Of a stretch of DNA of 64,000 bases, positions 25,877 through 40,051 are shown piece after piece. The first letter of the stretch is position 1; every line of letters begins with the position of its first letter. The stretch spans positions 23,219 to 87,218 of the forward strand of contig NMRA01000329.1 of NCBI GenBank assembly GCA_002633005.1. The letters are read 5' to 3'. The notes below the pieces were generated by a model. The model saw only the letters and a program-made list of their open reading frames with translations. It did no database searches and was not told where the DNA came from. Position numbers and translations under genes: made by a program. This DNA comes from Phoronis australis (Eukaryota > Animalia > Phoronida).

Positions 25877-28314
25877 GTATCATTTCTTATCTCATCGTTA
25901 AGGTCAGAGCATGCAATCGACGTGCGACTGTCATTTTGGGAATTGCTTAGTAAATTTCTGTACTGCGAGTTTTCACACATGCACTCCAAAATGTCAGCGC
26001 ACTGGTATACAGGTGTTTATTCCGAATATTTTCCAAAATGTAGGTACATGGATTTACGTTTTGAGTCGCAATTAAACATTTCCATCGTTGGAACTGTAGG
26101 GTTTCCCAATATTCACAGTGACAGCGAGTGACAAACGAGGCTTCGTGAGAAATACATGTTAGACATGGGGTTTTCAGCTCGATATTTTGCTTATCTGCAA
26201 AACAATTTTGGTACACTGGTGTTTGTGGGGCAACTGCCTTTACTAAAAATGATTGGTCCTCATTTTATGTCAATAGCGTTGGCACATTTTCAGTTAATAG
26301 GTGTATTTTCTAAAGTACATCTACACTGTAAGCTTATATTTGGAGCTCTAATATATAGTGTAATGTACGCCATTTGGTTTATTGTAAAAAAGTCCCGATA
26401 TCAGTGTGAAACACCGAAAATAGTCTCAAACAACCCAATTAAATGGGTTCACAGCTACTTTAAAACAAATAACAACCAGTTTACTCCACGAAATATATCT
26501 TGTCTCGAACCATTCCATGTCAAAAGCGATTTCCATGCCCCAAAATAAGTGAAAAGAGGCAAGAGCAAAAACATTGCTCTTGATGGGGTGACCTAACGGT
26601 TCATGAAATGGTCTGTTCCAAATCATGGTTTGCGACCTTTACAATTTTTTGACAGTAAAAAAACAACTACTATCATGGTGAGGACAATTTTGAGAGGGAT
26701 ATCGCATCAAACGTTACGGAAATTCACCCTTAACTTTTCAAATTAAAGCCATCTCCTTGAGTAATTGAATTAGATATCTTGTGACTTTCGGTTTTAATTT
26801 AGGTTTTGCTCAAAACCATTCTCTTTCAAAGTTCCAACTGAAGGCACACGTATATGAGCTAAGCTTATTTTGAAAATTAGGAGCAACGCATGACTGGTAG
26901 CTGATTACAAATAGTCGCTGATTGCCGTTATCAGTCCCACGACTCACCGTTGCCAAGTGATAGTGGTCACTTTCATTAATCGAACTACTGCAAACCTCCG
27001 ATTGATCGTTCACCCAATCCTGTAACCTGTCGCAATATTAACTACCACTAATATTTAGTATGCACGACTACTTCAAGTGACAGGTCATGGCATTACCAGA
27101 TCGCGGACTAAATTCACAATCAAATCGTGCTGTGATCGTGTGTGACAGGTCTTTACTGACACCGATGAGTCATGTGCAAATATAAAACTTTTGCCTCGTA
27201 CGCGGATTTGAAATACACTTTCCTTGAATGCCAGGAGTATGCTTCGTGAAACGTGATTTCAGATTTAAAAAAATAGGTATCAGGCTCCACAGAACTATTT
27301 CTGAAAAAAAAAATTGTAACTTGAGCAAAAGTGCGAAGTCTTTTAGCATATTCACATAACTGATAGATACCGAGATGAATTCGATAAATTATTTCTAGAC
27401 TGTGATGAACTCGCAATTTCTTGATTAAACCTTTATTCATCAGTTGTCCAGTGGGGCACAAGACCAAATTTCTGTCTTGGACTTTCACTGGTCACTAGAG
27501 TTGGGCTCTAGATTTCAAGTCAAAGCACAGTTTCATGTATAGTAAATGTGCATACATACGAAATTACACTGCACCTACGCAGCCCTTAAAAAGTAGGCGG
27601 CTATTGTATAGCCCCCAGCCCCCCTGAGGTGCACCGCCCATAGATCATGGGCGGCGCTGCTCTGAAAAAATAGCGGGCTATAGCCCCTTAAACTGCGCCG
27701 CCCATGTACTCTCCATTTTCCTGATTTTAAAAGGTTTTCGGTGTAATCGGTGCTCTCTCTATAGGCGTCGCTTAATTTGCTCAGATAAAGCTTTGACACA
27801 CTTTGTAATGAATATTCAAGCTTGTTCCACAATTTTGACGATTGACAAGGATTTTAGGGCATTATTTTGTTTCAAGGTCAGCTGGCAATTTTGTTTCGTC
27901 GCAGTGGAGTGTTAAATGTTATTGACATACAGGGTATCGTAATTTTCGAAAGTCGATCGGCTAGAGAGCTCACTTGTTGGTATGGCAAAGGTACCTGTAC
28001 ACACATGCGCATTTTTGGGATAGAGGGCGCAACATTTTCACTTCTCTTATACCAATGCATTGGATTTCACCTCTCCCAAAAGACTAAATAGCCCCGTTCT
28101 CAATTAAAATTTCAAATGTTTAATGAGTGCAAATTGGGACGGTTATCAGTCGAAATATTTATTTTACTGCAAGTACATGAGATTTTTAATTTTAGATCCA
28201 CAGTTAGGTTTTACATTGTACATTGGCACGTTCGCTGGGAAATCAAATACGGCTAACGTTTGCGTGCATCATTTTTAGGTACAAAGGCTATTTTACTTCA
28301 ATGTATTTTTGCAG

Positions 28315-28464
28315 CATGTGGTCCAAACCTCGTTGGTAGAGAATGTACCCAATTCTGTGACGAGACAAGGTCAGATAACGGTTGCAAGGGCAAGACCATC
28401 TGCACTCTTGACCCTTATGGATGTTCGTGTGCGACAGGTTTCCATGGATTCAAGTGTGACCAAG
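28315..28464 (+). CDS. Exon: EGF-like repeat 2
   Basis: 150 nt. ACGPNLVGRECTQFC...[28 protein letters not shown], cf. Tie2 '[21 protein letters not shown]'. Confidence 0.95.
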
Positions 28465-30157
28465 GTATACGCATTATAGCCTACAACGTGTTATACAATA
28501 AACATTGCTTCAACTAAATACATGTAGCTCGCGTCTTTTTAGCAGGTTTCCCATTGCCGTTGTGGTAAAATTAGAGGTAAGTAGGCGCTCAAAGCCCACC
28601 CTATCGCCTTGAGCACTGAACGTAACTTACGGTGCGTAGGCGCTACGTTCAAATGCAAAAAGGTGGTTGGCTGCGCCTACCTGCGCCTACGTGCGCCTAC
28701 GCCCCACTACAGCACTGTAAATCTTTCCTCAATAACGCAATTCAGTTCCTACGAACTCTGTAATACGTACCTCAGCAACAGTGCTCACCAAATCATACAT
28801 GTACGCAATATCGTCTTACCGAATACGTACAGGTATTACTCTCGTAATATCCGATATTAATAGCGTTGTTAATGATTATACGTTTTATCAACAACATGTG
28901 TTCGTTAGCAATACCTAAAAATGTTTAAGGATTACGTGGGTCTGACATTGCTCTCGTGACTCTACTGGTTGCGTTGAATTCACAAATAAAATCCCCTTGT
29001 AACTATGCATTACCTTAACCCTAACTAGTTCTGGAGAAAAAAAATTAAGAAAAGATATGTGAGAAAAATGAATTGCGAAAAGAACTTGTATGCAAGAAAA
29101 TGCGTAAACCCATGGTAACAATGTAGGATCCCTAGACAAATGTCCAAATTTAGCTAACTACATTAAATCATATTTCTAGATATGTGCCTCATCGGATTTA
29201 TGTGGAACTTTCAGATACTATGTTTTATGTATTAACCTTCCAAAATGTTGTTAGGAATTTTTCTTTAAATGATCCGCCATACAAAGAGAGACTATCAAAT
29301 AGGAATTTTAAGAGTTTTCATATAAAAAAATAAATAAAAAACGCCAGGACAGAAAAATTGATCACAGCAGGAAAATGTTCATGCCAGGAGACCACGAGAC
29401 CATCCGCTCTCCTACAATGACGACCCGCGGTGGCTCTATAATACTCAATTTAAATATGTTCAAAAGAGCAAGTGTACTTTGGCTTCTGTAAAGCGTCGGA
29501 GTCAAATTCAACCTCATGTCACTATAATGAGACTGTCGTCAGCTGGACACTGTTGAACGCTTGGCCGTTGTGTACTTGGAACTGAATTCATTTTTTAATC
29601 TGTATTTTTAGCTCTTTTTGTACTATGTTTTTTTTATAGTATAATATACATGTACATAACGTACTCATTCGTCTGCTTTGATTTGTTGTGCCAACCATGT
29701 GTAAGTTTAGGTTACATAATTCTTAATTTGTACCTTACTTTAGTTTCTCCCGATATCGCATGGTAGTTTATATTGTAAACCCTAGGTACTTGTACAATTT
29801 TTACATAGATATATAATCATTTTGTTGATACTCAACACAGGTTTGTGTTTCACTCATGTAGTGAGAAAAATTGTTGAAACGAATTACTTAGATTATTTTT
29901 GACTAACTACATGTTTAGATATAGGTGGCTTTCATGCAAGCGAACTCATATCCTTTTGGAAGTCTCCTTATCTTGTTTTGGTATGTGTAAAGTGGCCTAA
30001 TCCATGACTACTATACATATAGTCTTAGTAAAACCTTAGTTTTGTTGTTAACCTTCGGCTACTGCAAGTCCCACTCTTGTCACTTTAAGATGAGCTTAGC
30101 AACTGGGAACGACTTGTATAGATGCATGACTAATTGTATTATTAATGGCTAAATAAA

Positions 30158-30250
<93 letters not shown>

Positions 30251-30727
30251 NNNNNNNNNNNNNNNNNNNNNNNNNNNNNNNNNNNNNNNNNNNNNNNNNN
30301 NNNNNNNNNNNNNNNNNNNNNNNNNNNNNNNNNNNNNNNNNNNNNNNNNNNNNNNNNNNNNNNNNNNNNNNNNNNNNNNNNNNNNNNNNNNNNNNNNNNN
30401 NNNNNNNNNNNNNNNNNNNNNNNNNNNNNNNNNNNNNNNNNNNNNNNNNNNNNNNNNNNNNNNNNNNNNNNNNNNNNNNNNNNNNNNNNNNNNNNNNNNN
30501 NNNNNNNNNNNNNNNNNNNNNNNNNNNNNNNNNNNNNNNNNNNNNNNNNNNNNNNNNNNNNNNNNNNNNNNNNNNNNNNNNNNNNNNNNNNNNNNNNNNN
30601 NNNNNNNNNNNNNNNNNNNNNNNNCCCCTCCCCCTCCCCCTCCCTCTCTCTCCCTCCCTCCATCCATCCATCCATCCCTCCCTCGTTCCCTCCCTCTCTC
30701 TCCCTCTCTCCCCCTCCCCCTCTCTTT
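30158..30727. repeat. (CT)n / CCCT polypyrimidine tract spanning a gap
   Basis: Seen directly in the sequence. Similar GGGA tracts abut the gaps at 22670-22800 and 25093-25146. Confidence 0.95.
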
Positions 30728-30987
30728 CTGCATGTGGATGGTCACGTGGTCTCCTGGGATGAACATTTTCCCACGCGATAAATTTTTGGTCTTCACCTAT
30801 GAAATTTTCCGTCGTTACGTGATAACTTTTGGTTTTGATTTGGTTTTTGGTCTTGCAGATTGAAAGTAATGTTTTGGACCGTTTCCTTGTATAAAATATG
30901 TGTCCTCGATTTTTTCTGCTTTGCTTTCCATAAGTTGGTGACAAATATACTCGTGCCTGTGTCCAGCTGCATGTTCGTACATTTCAG

Positions 30988-31119
30988 ATTGTCCAGCTGG
31001 TAAATATGGCGCGGACTGCGCTCAGACGTGCGGATCATGCAAGCTGGGGCACTGTGATCGTTTTACTGGTCACTGTAAAAACGGCTGTAAAAAAGGATAT
31101 TACACCAACTACTGCAAAG
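30988..31119 (+). CDS. Exon: EGF-like repeat 3
   Basis: ttcag| ... g|gtaggt, 132 nt. DCPAGKYGADCAQTCGSCKLGHCDRFTGHCKNGCKKGYYTNYCK, cf. Tie2 'YGPDCKLRCSC...CDRFQGC'. Confidence 0.93.
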
Positions 31120-32868
31120 GTAGGTATGCACACAATGTAAGACTATAACTTTATTTGTTGCATGGACATTGTTACGGGTTATTTAGGCCTGTAGTTTAAC
31201 CAAATTAATTAACTTTGTCAAAACTGTTGTTGCTGAAGTGCCACGTACAGAGGTATGCGGCTAAAGTTCACTCGTAATCATAGCTGTTTCTTGCATATGG
31301 TCGTGCCGAAAATTTTTGTGCGGTACACTGAACAATGTTAAGGTAATAATATGGCTTTTGCCTTAAACATCAGCTTTCACACAATGGGGAGCGCATAATT
31401 TAAAGTCGATTTTGATATCCGTTTCCTTCGAAACTCTAGAAAATTATACGCTTCAACACAAAATATTCCCAATTATGCGACGTTGAAGTTTGGATACTTC
31501 GTTTGCAGTAAAAGCGTAGTATAGGCGGTGCACAATGGTTTGGTTTTGATCAAAATTAAGTAGACATATATTTGCATTATTTTTTCTTTGAAACTTCAAC
31601 TGTAATACATTGTATTTCGTATCATTTTTCATGTCGTGCCAAAAACTTCTTCATTTTTTCGTTCATAGTTTTTCTGGTACTTCTCCGGTAACTTATATCA
31701 CACAGGTTTTGCTCAACCTATTTATTTTCTGGGTATGTATACATTCATATTTGGCATAGATACCTTTATATGCACATTTTTGATGATGCTGAATACAACT
31801 TTTTAGCCATGTAAGTACTAGTTATTAGTTTTAGCATTTTATCTTTAATTTGTGCACATAAGTTCTTGCAGTACGTCCTGGTACTTTGTTTATTGCGAGG
31901 TGGTTCCTGGGTTTTAGCGGTTCTTAAGAAACATTAGGACTTTCCAGTCTATCTAATACTTTGTAATATTTAACCCCATATTGTGCAGGGGTGGCTCAAA
32001 TTTCTAAAAAGGTGGAACTTTGATATTTTGCAAACGTTGACAGTGAAAAAAAAAACAGGACACAAATTCGTACGTAATGCGGTCCAGAAAGAGAACATTG
32101 CTTGAGAATGAGTCGTAAGTCAGATTTATAAACCACGATTGACAGTGATAGGAACTGAGCCCACTCACAAACAAGGTAATCAATGCTTTAAGAGCTATTC
32201 AACTCTTGCACACCCTTTAAATGGGTAATAAATGGACACAAATAGGAAGCTTTATTCATGTCAGTTCCAACTCATTAGTACTGAGACAATCAGAGTAATA
32301 AACTATCGGAGTTCTGGCTTCGCCATTGTGGACATTCGAAGTAGTGAACTTTCGAAGTTAACAAGCCTACGGAGCAGTGACCGTCGAAATAATGACAGAT
32401 AACCTTGAAAATCTTTTCCATTGAGTTTGTTGCTCGTATGAAGTCTGCGAGGCTGTGCACCATTGACTTTGAATACTTAACCTTCATTGACCAAAGTTTT
32501 TATTAGGTCTCCGTTATATCTACTTTTCAATAATATGTGAACATACTGGTCGGGGATTTCACAGTGTAAGGAAACACGGCAGTTAAATGTTTATTTTTGA
32601 GCAACAACGGAGGATTGCCTATTGGGAAACTTACCGTCGGTGTGTACTGAATTTAAAACTGAAATCACGCATGCATGTCAGTCCACAATCAAAGCGTGAA
32701 CAACCGTTACGGCTGTAATTGACGATCATTTTTAATTCGAAATTTGAAAATGCTTGTGCTTTGCCGTACTTTGCTAGCAAGTATACCAAAATAGAAGGTA
32801 ACAAACCTATATCGTGTTGTTTTGCTTCTTGGTCGATTTTAAGGTATTCACACTGCACTACTTTTTAC

Positions 32869-32870
<2 letters not shown>

Positions 32871-32927
<57 letters not shown>
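32871..32927. repeat. (CT)n microsatellite
   Basis: Seen directly in the sequence. Confidence 0.97.
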
Positions 32928-32931
<4 letters not shown>

Positions 32932-35387
32932 AGCTAATTTAGGTATAGACATTTACCAGAAGGGGATCTACGGGGGAGGGGGGAGTTCAGGGGTTTCAAG
33001 CCCCCCCTCGGGACAGGGTCAAAAATAAAACTTTTGAAAAATTTCACCAGGAAAACGAAATCAGCCACCAAAAGCCAAAAAAAGTCTTACACGGGAGGGG
33101 GGCTACGCGTTTCGGATTGGCGCGAATCCTTAACCCCCTTACTGAAAAACGTAAATCTGCGACTGTTTACTTCTATATTCTCCAACATAAAGGCTCTTCT
33201 AACCGTCTGTAGGAATTGCGCAAGCACCACTGGGACGAAATTGGCCGGTTTACGGCCTTATGATTACGTGAAGCGCTTTGAATAAGAAAAGAAAATCAAA
33301 ATTATTACTTACTTAGTAATCATTGTAGTTAATAGTACCGGTAGCTGCAGTAATTTTGTTGTTCTTGATATCACTCTCTCTTTAAGGGATAAGCGAAGGC
33401 TGGACCTTTTTCGCGAACCTCCCCTTCCCCCTCCCCCGAGCCCCTCCTGGCTACCGGCCTGCTCCAAGATTTATTCAAATGAACGTATCCCTTTACAGCA
33501 TTCAAAACTGGATTCTAGGAAAGCATCATCTCAAACGATTCGCGGTTATGGCAAATGATATTGCTTGGAATTGAAGACAATGTCTTTTGATATGCAACAC
33601 TTAAATACCAACGTTTACTACTGATCTTTGATTTTAAATTTTCCGACATGTTCATATGTATCTTTCTGCAAATTCTCAATAAACTTGACTTAAAGTTTAA
33701 TACGCACTGAAAGCTTTGTGACCCCAGAGAATCTGCATGCACGTTAATGTCAATACTGGACCTTGTTATTCAGCGACGAAGTTTTTTCTGTAAAAACTGT
33801 CTGCAAAATAAGTATTTACAGAAACCTCGTGGAAACACATTTACACTAGCAAAATAAAACGTCAGCTATGAAGCAAAGCTCTTCACCATAACGTGGATCG
33901 TGTTGCGTGGTCATTCGCAATGTTCATCGGCAAATTGTCATTCTTTATCAGGTGGAGCTATTTTTAATTTATGGACCTACTGTAAATTACATCATCACAC
34001 AATCCCCTGGGTGCGAGAATCCGTTGACTGGGGCGATTAGTTGATTTACTTTGCACATGACATGGGAGCACGCATAAGCGACATTTAGACGTGTGTACGA
34101 CAATAGGATTGAATTTTCTGGATACGTCTTTTAGTCGCGTTATTAACTCGCGAGTTCTGTGATTTGAGAGTGCAATGTTTTAAGAATCACCTAAATAGAA
34201 CAAAGGGTAATTCTTTTGTAATCCAATCTTGCTCGTTAACTATATTCTAATTAAAACAGCAAATTTATTCAACAATTTTGTTTTACAAATTAATGGGAGT
34301 GATGCGTGTGAACGTACATGTGAACGTTTACTGTGAACAGGTGTCATTCGCCTACATGTACATCAGAAATTGAGCGCTTTTCAAAGAAAACTGTTCACTC
34401 AAGAGCTTCACTTGCGCTTATCTTTTGCTTGTAGGTGCGGTTAGGTGTCCTTTGTACAGACACTTGCTAGGCTGTGGATACCATTTTCGGCTTGAAGGGG
34501 GTAATAAGTACGCATATTGCAAAAGGCTGTATATCATGGATGTCGCTCTGATGAGATGTTCACTAAGGCTCAAAAGTGTTTTTTCTCAAGTACTAGGAAC
34601 TATTTCAGAAAAAATTAACCCACAAAATCTTATTTCAACGAGCCAGTTTTGAGGTCGTCTTAATCGTGTTACTATTTTTTGTCCTCTTTCAATTCCAATT
34701 TTGATGGTCCCTTTTCAACTAGTTACGGAATCACATTTCATTAGACAAAGTATTTATGCACCAATGACGCTCAACTAAAGTTATCCATGAACTAATAGGG
34801 ATGACAGTTTTAATGCAATTCTTTGACTAATTGGTGCAAATTTGATTATAGCTTTCATATTTAAAGCGTGAACGAAACTGGTACATGTACGTTATTAATT
34901 AAATTAAACTGAACTGGAAAATGGTCCAAAGGATATACTTTTTCTGATTGACTCAAAACATCCAAAGGAACATCATCATCAGTTTTAGGTTTTCTATTTT
35001 TGTTGGGTGGAATATAATTATTTAAAACTTAAGTTGCACTCGAAATACATGTACATGCAGTAAGCCTAGGCGTATTATGAGAGCTTTTGTCATTTGCAAA
35101 ATTCTTCACTAGAACGCATTTGAGAATTAAATGTGATATGCCTTTATAGCACGATTTTCCTCAAATTGTTCGAGTATAGAGGCTGCTTCGAATAGAGGCG
35201 TATTGGCCTAAACGGTATTTTCGTACAGATGGTGGAGTACAAACTGACATCTTGACCTTCTGCAGTGGCCTCCTATCTGATGAGCCAAGAAACAAGGAGA
35301 AGTAAATTGAAAGGTAATTCTAGACCCACTGCATAAACGTGAACAGTGGACCAGCATGCTTTTAAAATCTCCTTTGTGCATTTCCAG

Positions 35388-35516
35388 AATGTAATGACGG
35401 GTGGTACGGCAAAAACTGCCAAAACCAATGCGGACTATGCAGTGGCAATGAAGTCTGTAACAAGTCCACGGGACACTGTAGTGAATGCCAGGAAGGGTTC
35501 AGTAAACCACGTTGCG
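35388..35516 (+). CDS. Exon: EGF-like repeat 4
   Basis: tttccag| ... g|gtaag, 129 nt. ECNDGWYGKNCQNQCGLCSGNEVCNKSTGHCSECQEGFSKPRC. Confidence 0.92.
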
Positions 35517-35614
35517 GTAAGCTCTGTCTCACTGACCATGTCCCCCAATACCAGTCTGTCAAACGTGCACACGTTGGCGACTTACTTGCGTACACACACG
35601 AACGTGCGCACATA

Positions 35615-36244
35615 TATGAAGCCCCGAAGGATTCTTAAACGAATACTTTTCTACGCGTTGAAATGTGCTTAACATAAACAGTCACTGGACACGGCTGTGT
35701 TCTATTATATTTCGAACGTGTGCATTTCACTCGTGCCTGAGTTCACCTGGCGGGGAAAGAACGAGGCTACAGTGTAAGCACTCATTAGAGCGAGAGTAAT
35801 CCATCTACGTGTGTAATGGAGACGTATGACGCGTACATTTATGAAGCGTCAAATGTTTCTTAAGTGAATAAATTTCTACGCGTTGAAATGTTCCTTTTCT
35901 ACGCGTACTTTTGCTTAATTTACTCGTGCTTTTGCTTAATCTACATGTACTTTTGTATGAGGCGTAGATTAAGCAAAATTATCCGTAGATTAAGCATATT
36001 TCAACGCCTAGAAATGTACTCGTTTAAGAACCTTTGGCGCTTTATACGTTTGCTTAATCTACGCATACGTTTAGTTCTTAAACCATCATCGTTCTGCTCT
36101 TAAATCAATTAATTTGAGAGCACGGGCGTGATTGGACTATATGAACTGATTAAAAATATGCGGAGTTTAAGCAAAAGTACGCGTAGATTAAGGACATTTC
36201 AACGTGTAGAAATGTACTCGTTTAGGAAACCTTTGGAGCTTCAT
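35615..36244. mobile_element. MITE with a second copy of the same family nested inside (35840-36046)
   Basis: TATGAAGC..TTCTACGCGTTGAAATG at 35615 and 35840, with inverted TTTCAACG..TAGAAATGTACTCGTTTA..CCTTTGG at ~36000 and ~36200. Internal TTTGCTTAATCTAC repeats. Confidence 0.75.
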
Positions 36245-37210
36245 GCACATAGGTAAACGCTACTGTTAACGAAATGTGTGAGTACGCTTACATACACTGT
36301 AGTGTATTTGAAGATTAATATTTGTAAAAGTCAGAAAATCTCAGTGTAGTCAATGGGCACAGAGCTTTAAAAGCTTTCAAATAATTTTGTGAGTACTTTC
36401 ACCTGGCCCAATTTTCCACCACATTCGTATGTGTATTTTCAAATGTCAAAAGTTTCCGTGTTTAAACTTGCACACTTTTGAGTAATTAATCAATGAAAGT
36501 GACACAATGTTGAAATTAAGAGTTTGTACATATTTCGTCACAATTGATGAATTTAATGTCATGATCATTTTAACAGACACTTTTAAACACTGTTTGTTTC
36601 ATTAAACGGGTAAAACAGGTCAAATAGCAGTAAAAATAAGCTTTTTAAAAATTATGCCGTTACGTAGTGATAGAATAACTAGCTTTAATAACATGAAACA
36701 AGACCGTTTAGATGTTTACGCGAGCTAATACGGGCACTATTGCCTTTGTACGAAACAAGTGATAAATTTAGGTTTTAGACACTGTTTCAACTGAACTAGT
36801 ATGAGAAGGGTAGTAACAATTTGTCGACAAACGTATGGTGAAGTAGTGTCAGGCAAATAGTAAGGAAAGCCAGGGCAAAAAACGGACGGCCACCCTAATT
36901 CTGAATTAGTATGTGTCGACTTTTACTAAAGATACTCACCCCATATCACTACCAGGGAAAAGGAAGGATCCAGTGGAACAGACATGCATAACTTCGTCAA
37001 AATCTGGCCCCCTAGTCCGCCAAGAATTTCCTTCACGGGACTCTTACTGCCATTCTCTTAACTGAAGTAATAGGTCATTTACAAACAATAGCCACACTTT
37101 CTAAACAACTTGGGTGAGTCTTGTAAAAATATATATAACGTGGAGCTCAAAGATGCCGCGTTCCATGTTCAGTGAAATATGCAAGCGGGAAAACATTGCT
37201 AAACATTTAC

Positions 37211-38955
37211 CAGGGGCTCGTTTCATGAAAAGCGACTTCTAAAAAGACTTAAAAGATAACTGTATTTTATTCTGAATAATTTTTTCTTAGATGATTAATT
37301 TCACAAATAATTGAACAGCAAAAAGTAAACTTATATTCTCTAACGAAGCTAAAAATATCACCCGATTGGAGTGCTGCTTCTCGTGACGTATTTGTGGGGT
37401 AAAGTCAGTCTCCTATATCTTGCAATCAAGTGACATTCTTCAAACTGTCCGAATAAGAAATTTTAATGCGAAATGTCGGGTCACTAGGAATTCCTGTTTG
37501 AGCCGAGGCAACACAAAGTGAAACCGAGTCGTCATTATCGTAAGACGAAAATTTGCCGGTGCCACTAGCTCGTCTATCAACAATTTACACTGGTGTGACT
37601 GAGGGCAGTGTGGACTCTAGCCAGCCAGCTGCCAGCCAATACACAGCTCTGTAAACTTGGAGGGTTGGTTAGTTACCAACTACATGTATACCTGCATGAA
37701 GACTATCATACCACTGTGTGTTGAGCTCGTATGCTCGTCACCTGGCGTAAAACTTACATCAACATGTAACGGACCGGCGGTGTGCATGCAATATCTGGTA
37801 GTCAACCGACACTCACCTTGTTCGTTGCACACGTTAAGTGGAAAACAATCAAATCAAAGTCATTTTCTAGCATAATTCGCTGCCTTTTCCAACAAAGCAA
37901 AGCGTGTCGTCCAAACCAGCACGCTCGTGACACGGCGCACGCACCATCTCCTAAAATCATGCAACGTCTTTCGGGAGATGATGCAGCGTCCAGTCGCAAG
38001 ATTTGTTCTAAAATGCGGTTTGCTGGAATTGAAATACTAAAAACTTGCAACGAAATGAAACATGTTCCGATAATTTGTTGTGTCATGCAGGCAACCTTGT
38101 GCCGGCAGCGAAAAAGCAGTTGATGAATAGGGGGAAAAGAAACTGGTCACGGACAGGTGACGTAATCCCCAAAGGCCTACCCTAAAGAACGCAGTCACAA
38201 TTTTAGCAGCAGCCGATTAAGACAGGACACTAACTTTTCCAACACCACTGAATACGTTAGTTTAATCACTAATTTTAAGTCAGATTTTATTTGTCCATCT
38301 TTTTATCCATATCGGCGCAAACCTGTTGGCCTATATTTAGTGTACAGCTTTGGTCCAAGGCTACGGCAACCGATGGTATGCGATGATCATTCCCCCAGAA
38401 GTTACCTTTGTCGAAGAGTTAGGACAACCAGGAGCATGTCGAACCTTTTACAGCACTGTGGCAAACATTAAAAATAAGAACGGCCTATACAATGAAAAAA
38501 TAGAATGAAAACTTTTCGCAGTATGGCTCAGCAATATGTGATAAGCACTAGTGGCCCCACCAGCTACGTCACTGACATATCAGCCAACCAGCGGATTTCA
38601 GTCTTTTGACAATTACCATGGATAAGCTCTTGTTTATTGCACAACTCGGGCAACGGTGCGATTTGTTTGAATTTTAGAACCGGTTAAGTGCTGCATTATT
38701 TTTCCTACAATAATCTTTTAAGCCAGACTCTTGGTCCCACGTTCCCACGCCACAGTTATTTAATAAGGTTTAGCCATGCAATTGTTAGAACCTCACAACC
38801 CGGAAATAATCCATAAAATAGCAGTTGCACGTGTATTCTCAGACACTTTTTGATGGAGTGAGTCAAAATTATTTTTTCTGGGAAAGTTATGTGGGGTTCA
38901 ACACCTAATTTATTAATTAAAAGTTTTAAGTCACTTTTTATGAAACAGACACCTG
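37211..38955. mobile_element. TIR element (possibly Harbinger-like, non-autonomous)
   Basis: CAGGGGCTCGTTTCATGAAAAGCGACTT ... AAGTCACTTTTTATGAAACAGACACCTG inverted termini. No coding remnant recognised. Confidence 0.6.
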
Positions 38956-39760
38956 TGTTTTATTCTGTACACCTAAATGGCAGTGTTTCATTATTCGACT
39001 ACAGATACGTGTAAGTATACAAAGATGTAACGGCATTTGCTTTTGAAGTTTATTTTTGTAAAGTTGGTGAAGTATTGACACCTTTCGTTTATTCATGGTG
39101 TTGTTCATGGCAGATTAAACACTGAAATGAATAAAACTGTTCATACGCTGATACAAACTTGATTCAGAAACATAGCAAACTAGGTAACAAGCTTGTCGCA
39201 GAGAGATCAGTAGATAGGTGTATCCATTATTCGCTTTTTTTTTCTTACAATAAAGATAATGACAAACATTTATCGGTAACCGACTGATGTGCCACCAAGG
39301 TATGATATCGATGAGACCTGTGCTGTAATATCCAAGAAAGAAGCAAGAAAAGAAAACACTGATGGTGTCCTATTGACGATTACCCTGCAACGTACATACG
39401 GCAGTCGCATTGACCTCGCAAGTTAAACAATACCTTGCGACTTCCTTACGACTTCATTTGGCAGTGTGCAAATGATTGGACTTGTTGCGGAAAACAAAAA
39501 AAGTCACTAATGGAGTCATCTTCGTTTTTGTTGTGTCTGTTTGCGCAATACATGTACTTTATGCGATTCAAACTTTGTTTTCCTGAAACTCAGGGCCCAT
39601 TGGCTGAGGACAATACAGCGCGTTATCATCTTGACGAAAATTGCAATGTCGTAATATTTGATTAATCTGAGTTTCTCCTCATTGCCAATTTATTCATAGT
39701 TTGATGAAAACTCATTATGCCTATGCCTAATCATAACGACGTGTACTTTTTTCCATGCAG

Positions 39761-40051
39761 ATATACCTAAACTAAGAAGCAGCGCAACAGTTTACGATAT
39801 TAAATCTCAATCAGCAACCTTCTACTGGGAACGGTTGGGGGACATACATGTCACAACCTACATAGTGGAGTACAGAAGTATAGACCAACAGTCGTGGTCC
39901 AATGAAAGGTCGGCAACGCAGTTTTTTACGCTGAAAGGCCTTCAGCCGGATACAGTGCATCAAGTGCGAATTAGAGCGTTGATCAAGATACATAATGTGG
40001 AGAAAATTGGTCGCCCGAATACAGTGGTTAATTTTACTACTCTCTGTGGAG
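39761..40051 (+). CDS. Exon: FN3 repeat 1
   Basis: tgcag| ... g|gtaag, 291 nt. SATFYWE...YIVEYR...SW...LKGLQPDTVHQVRIRA...FTTLCG. Confidence 0.92.

Noticed and set aside
30096-30944. Long ORFs with ER repeats and X runs (also at 14160-14748, 7178-7591 and 24953-25303)
   Set aside because: They are open only because of N-gaps and CT/GGGA repeats.
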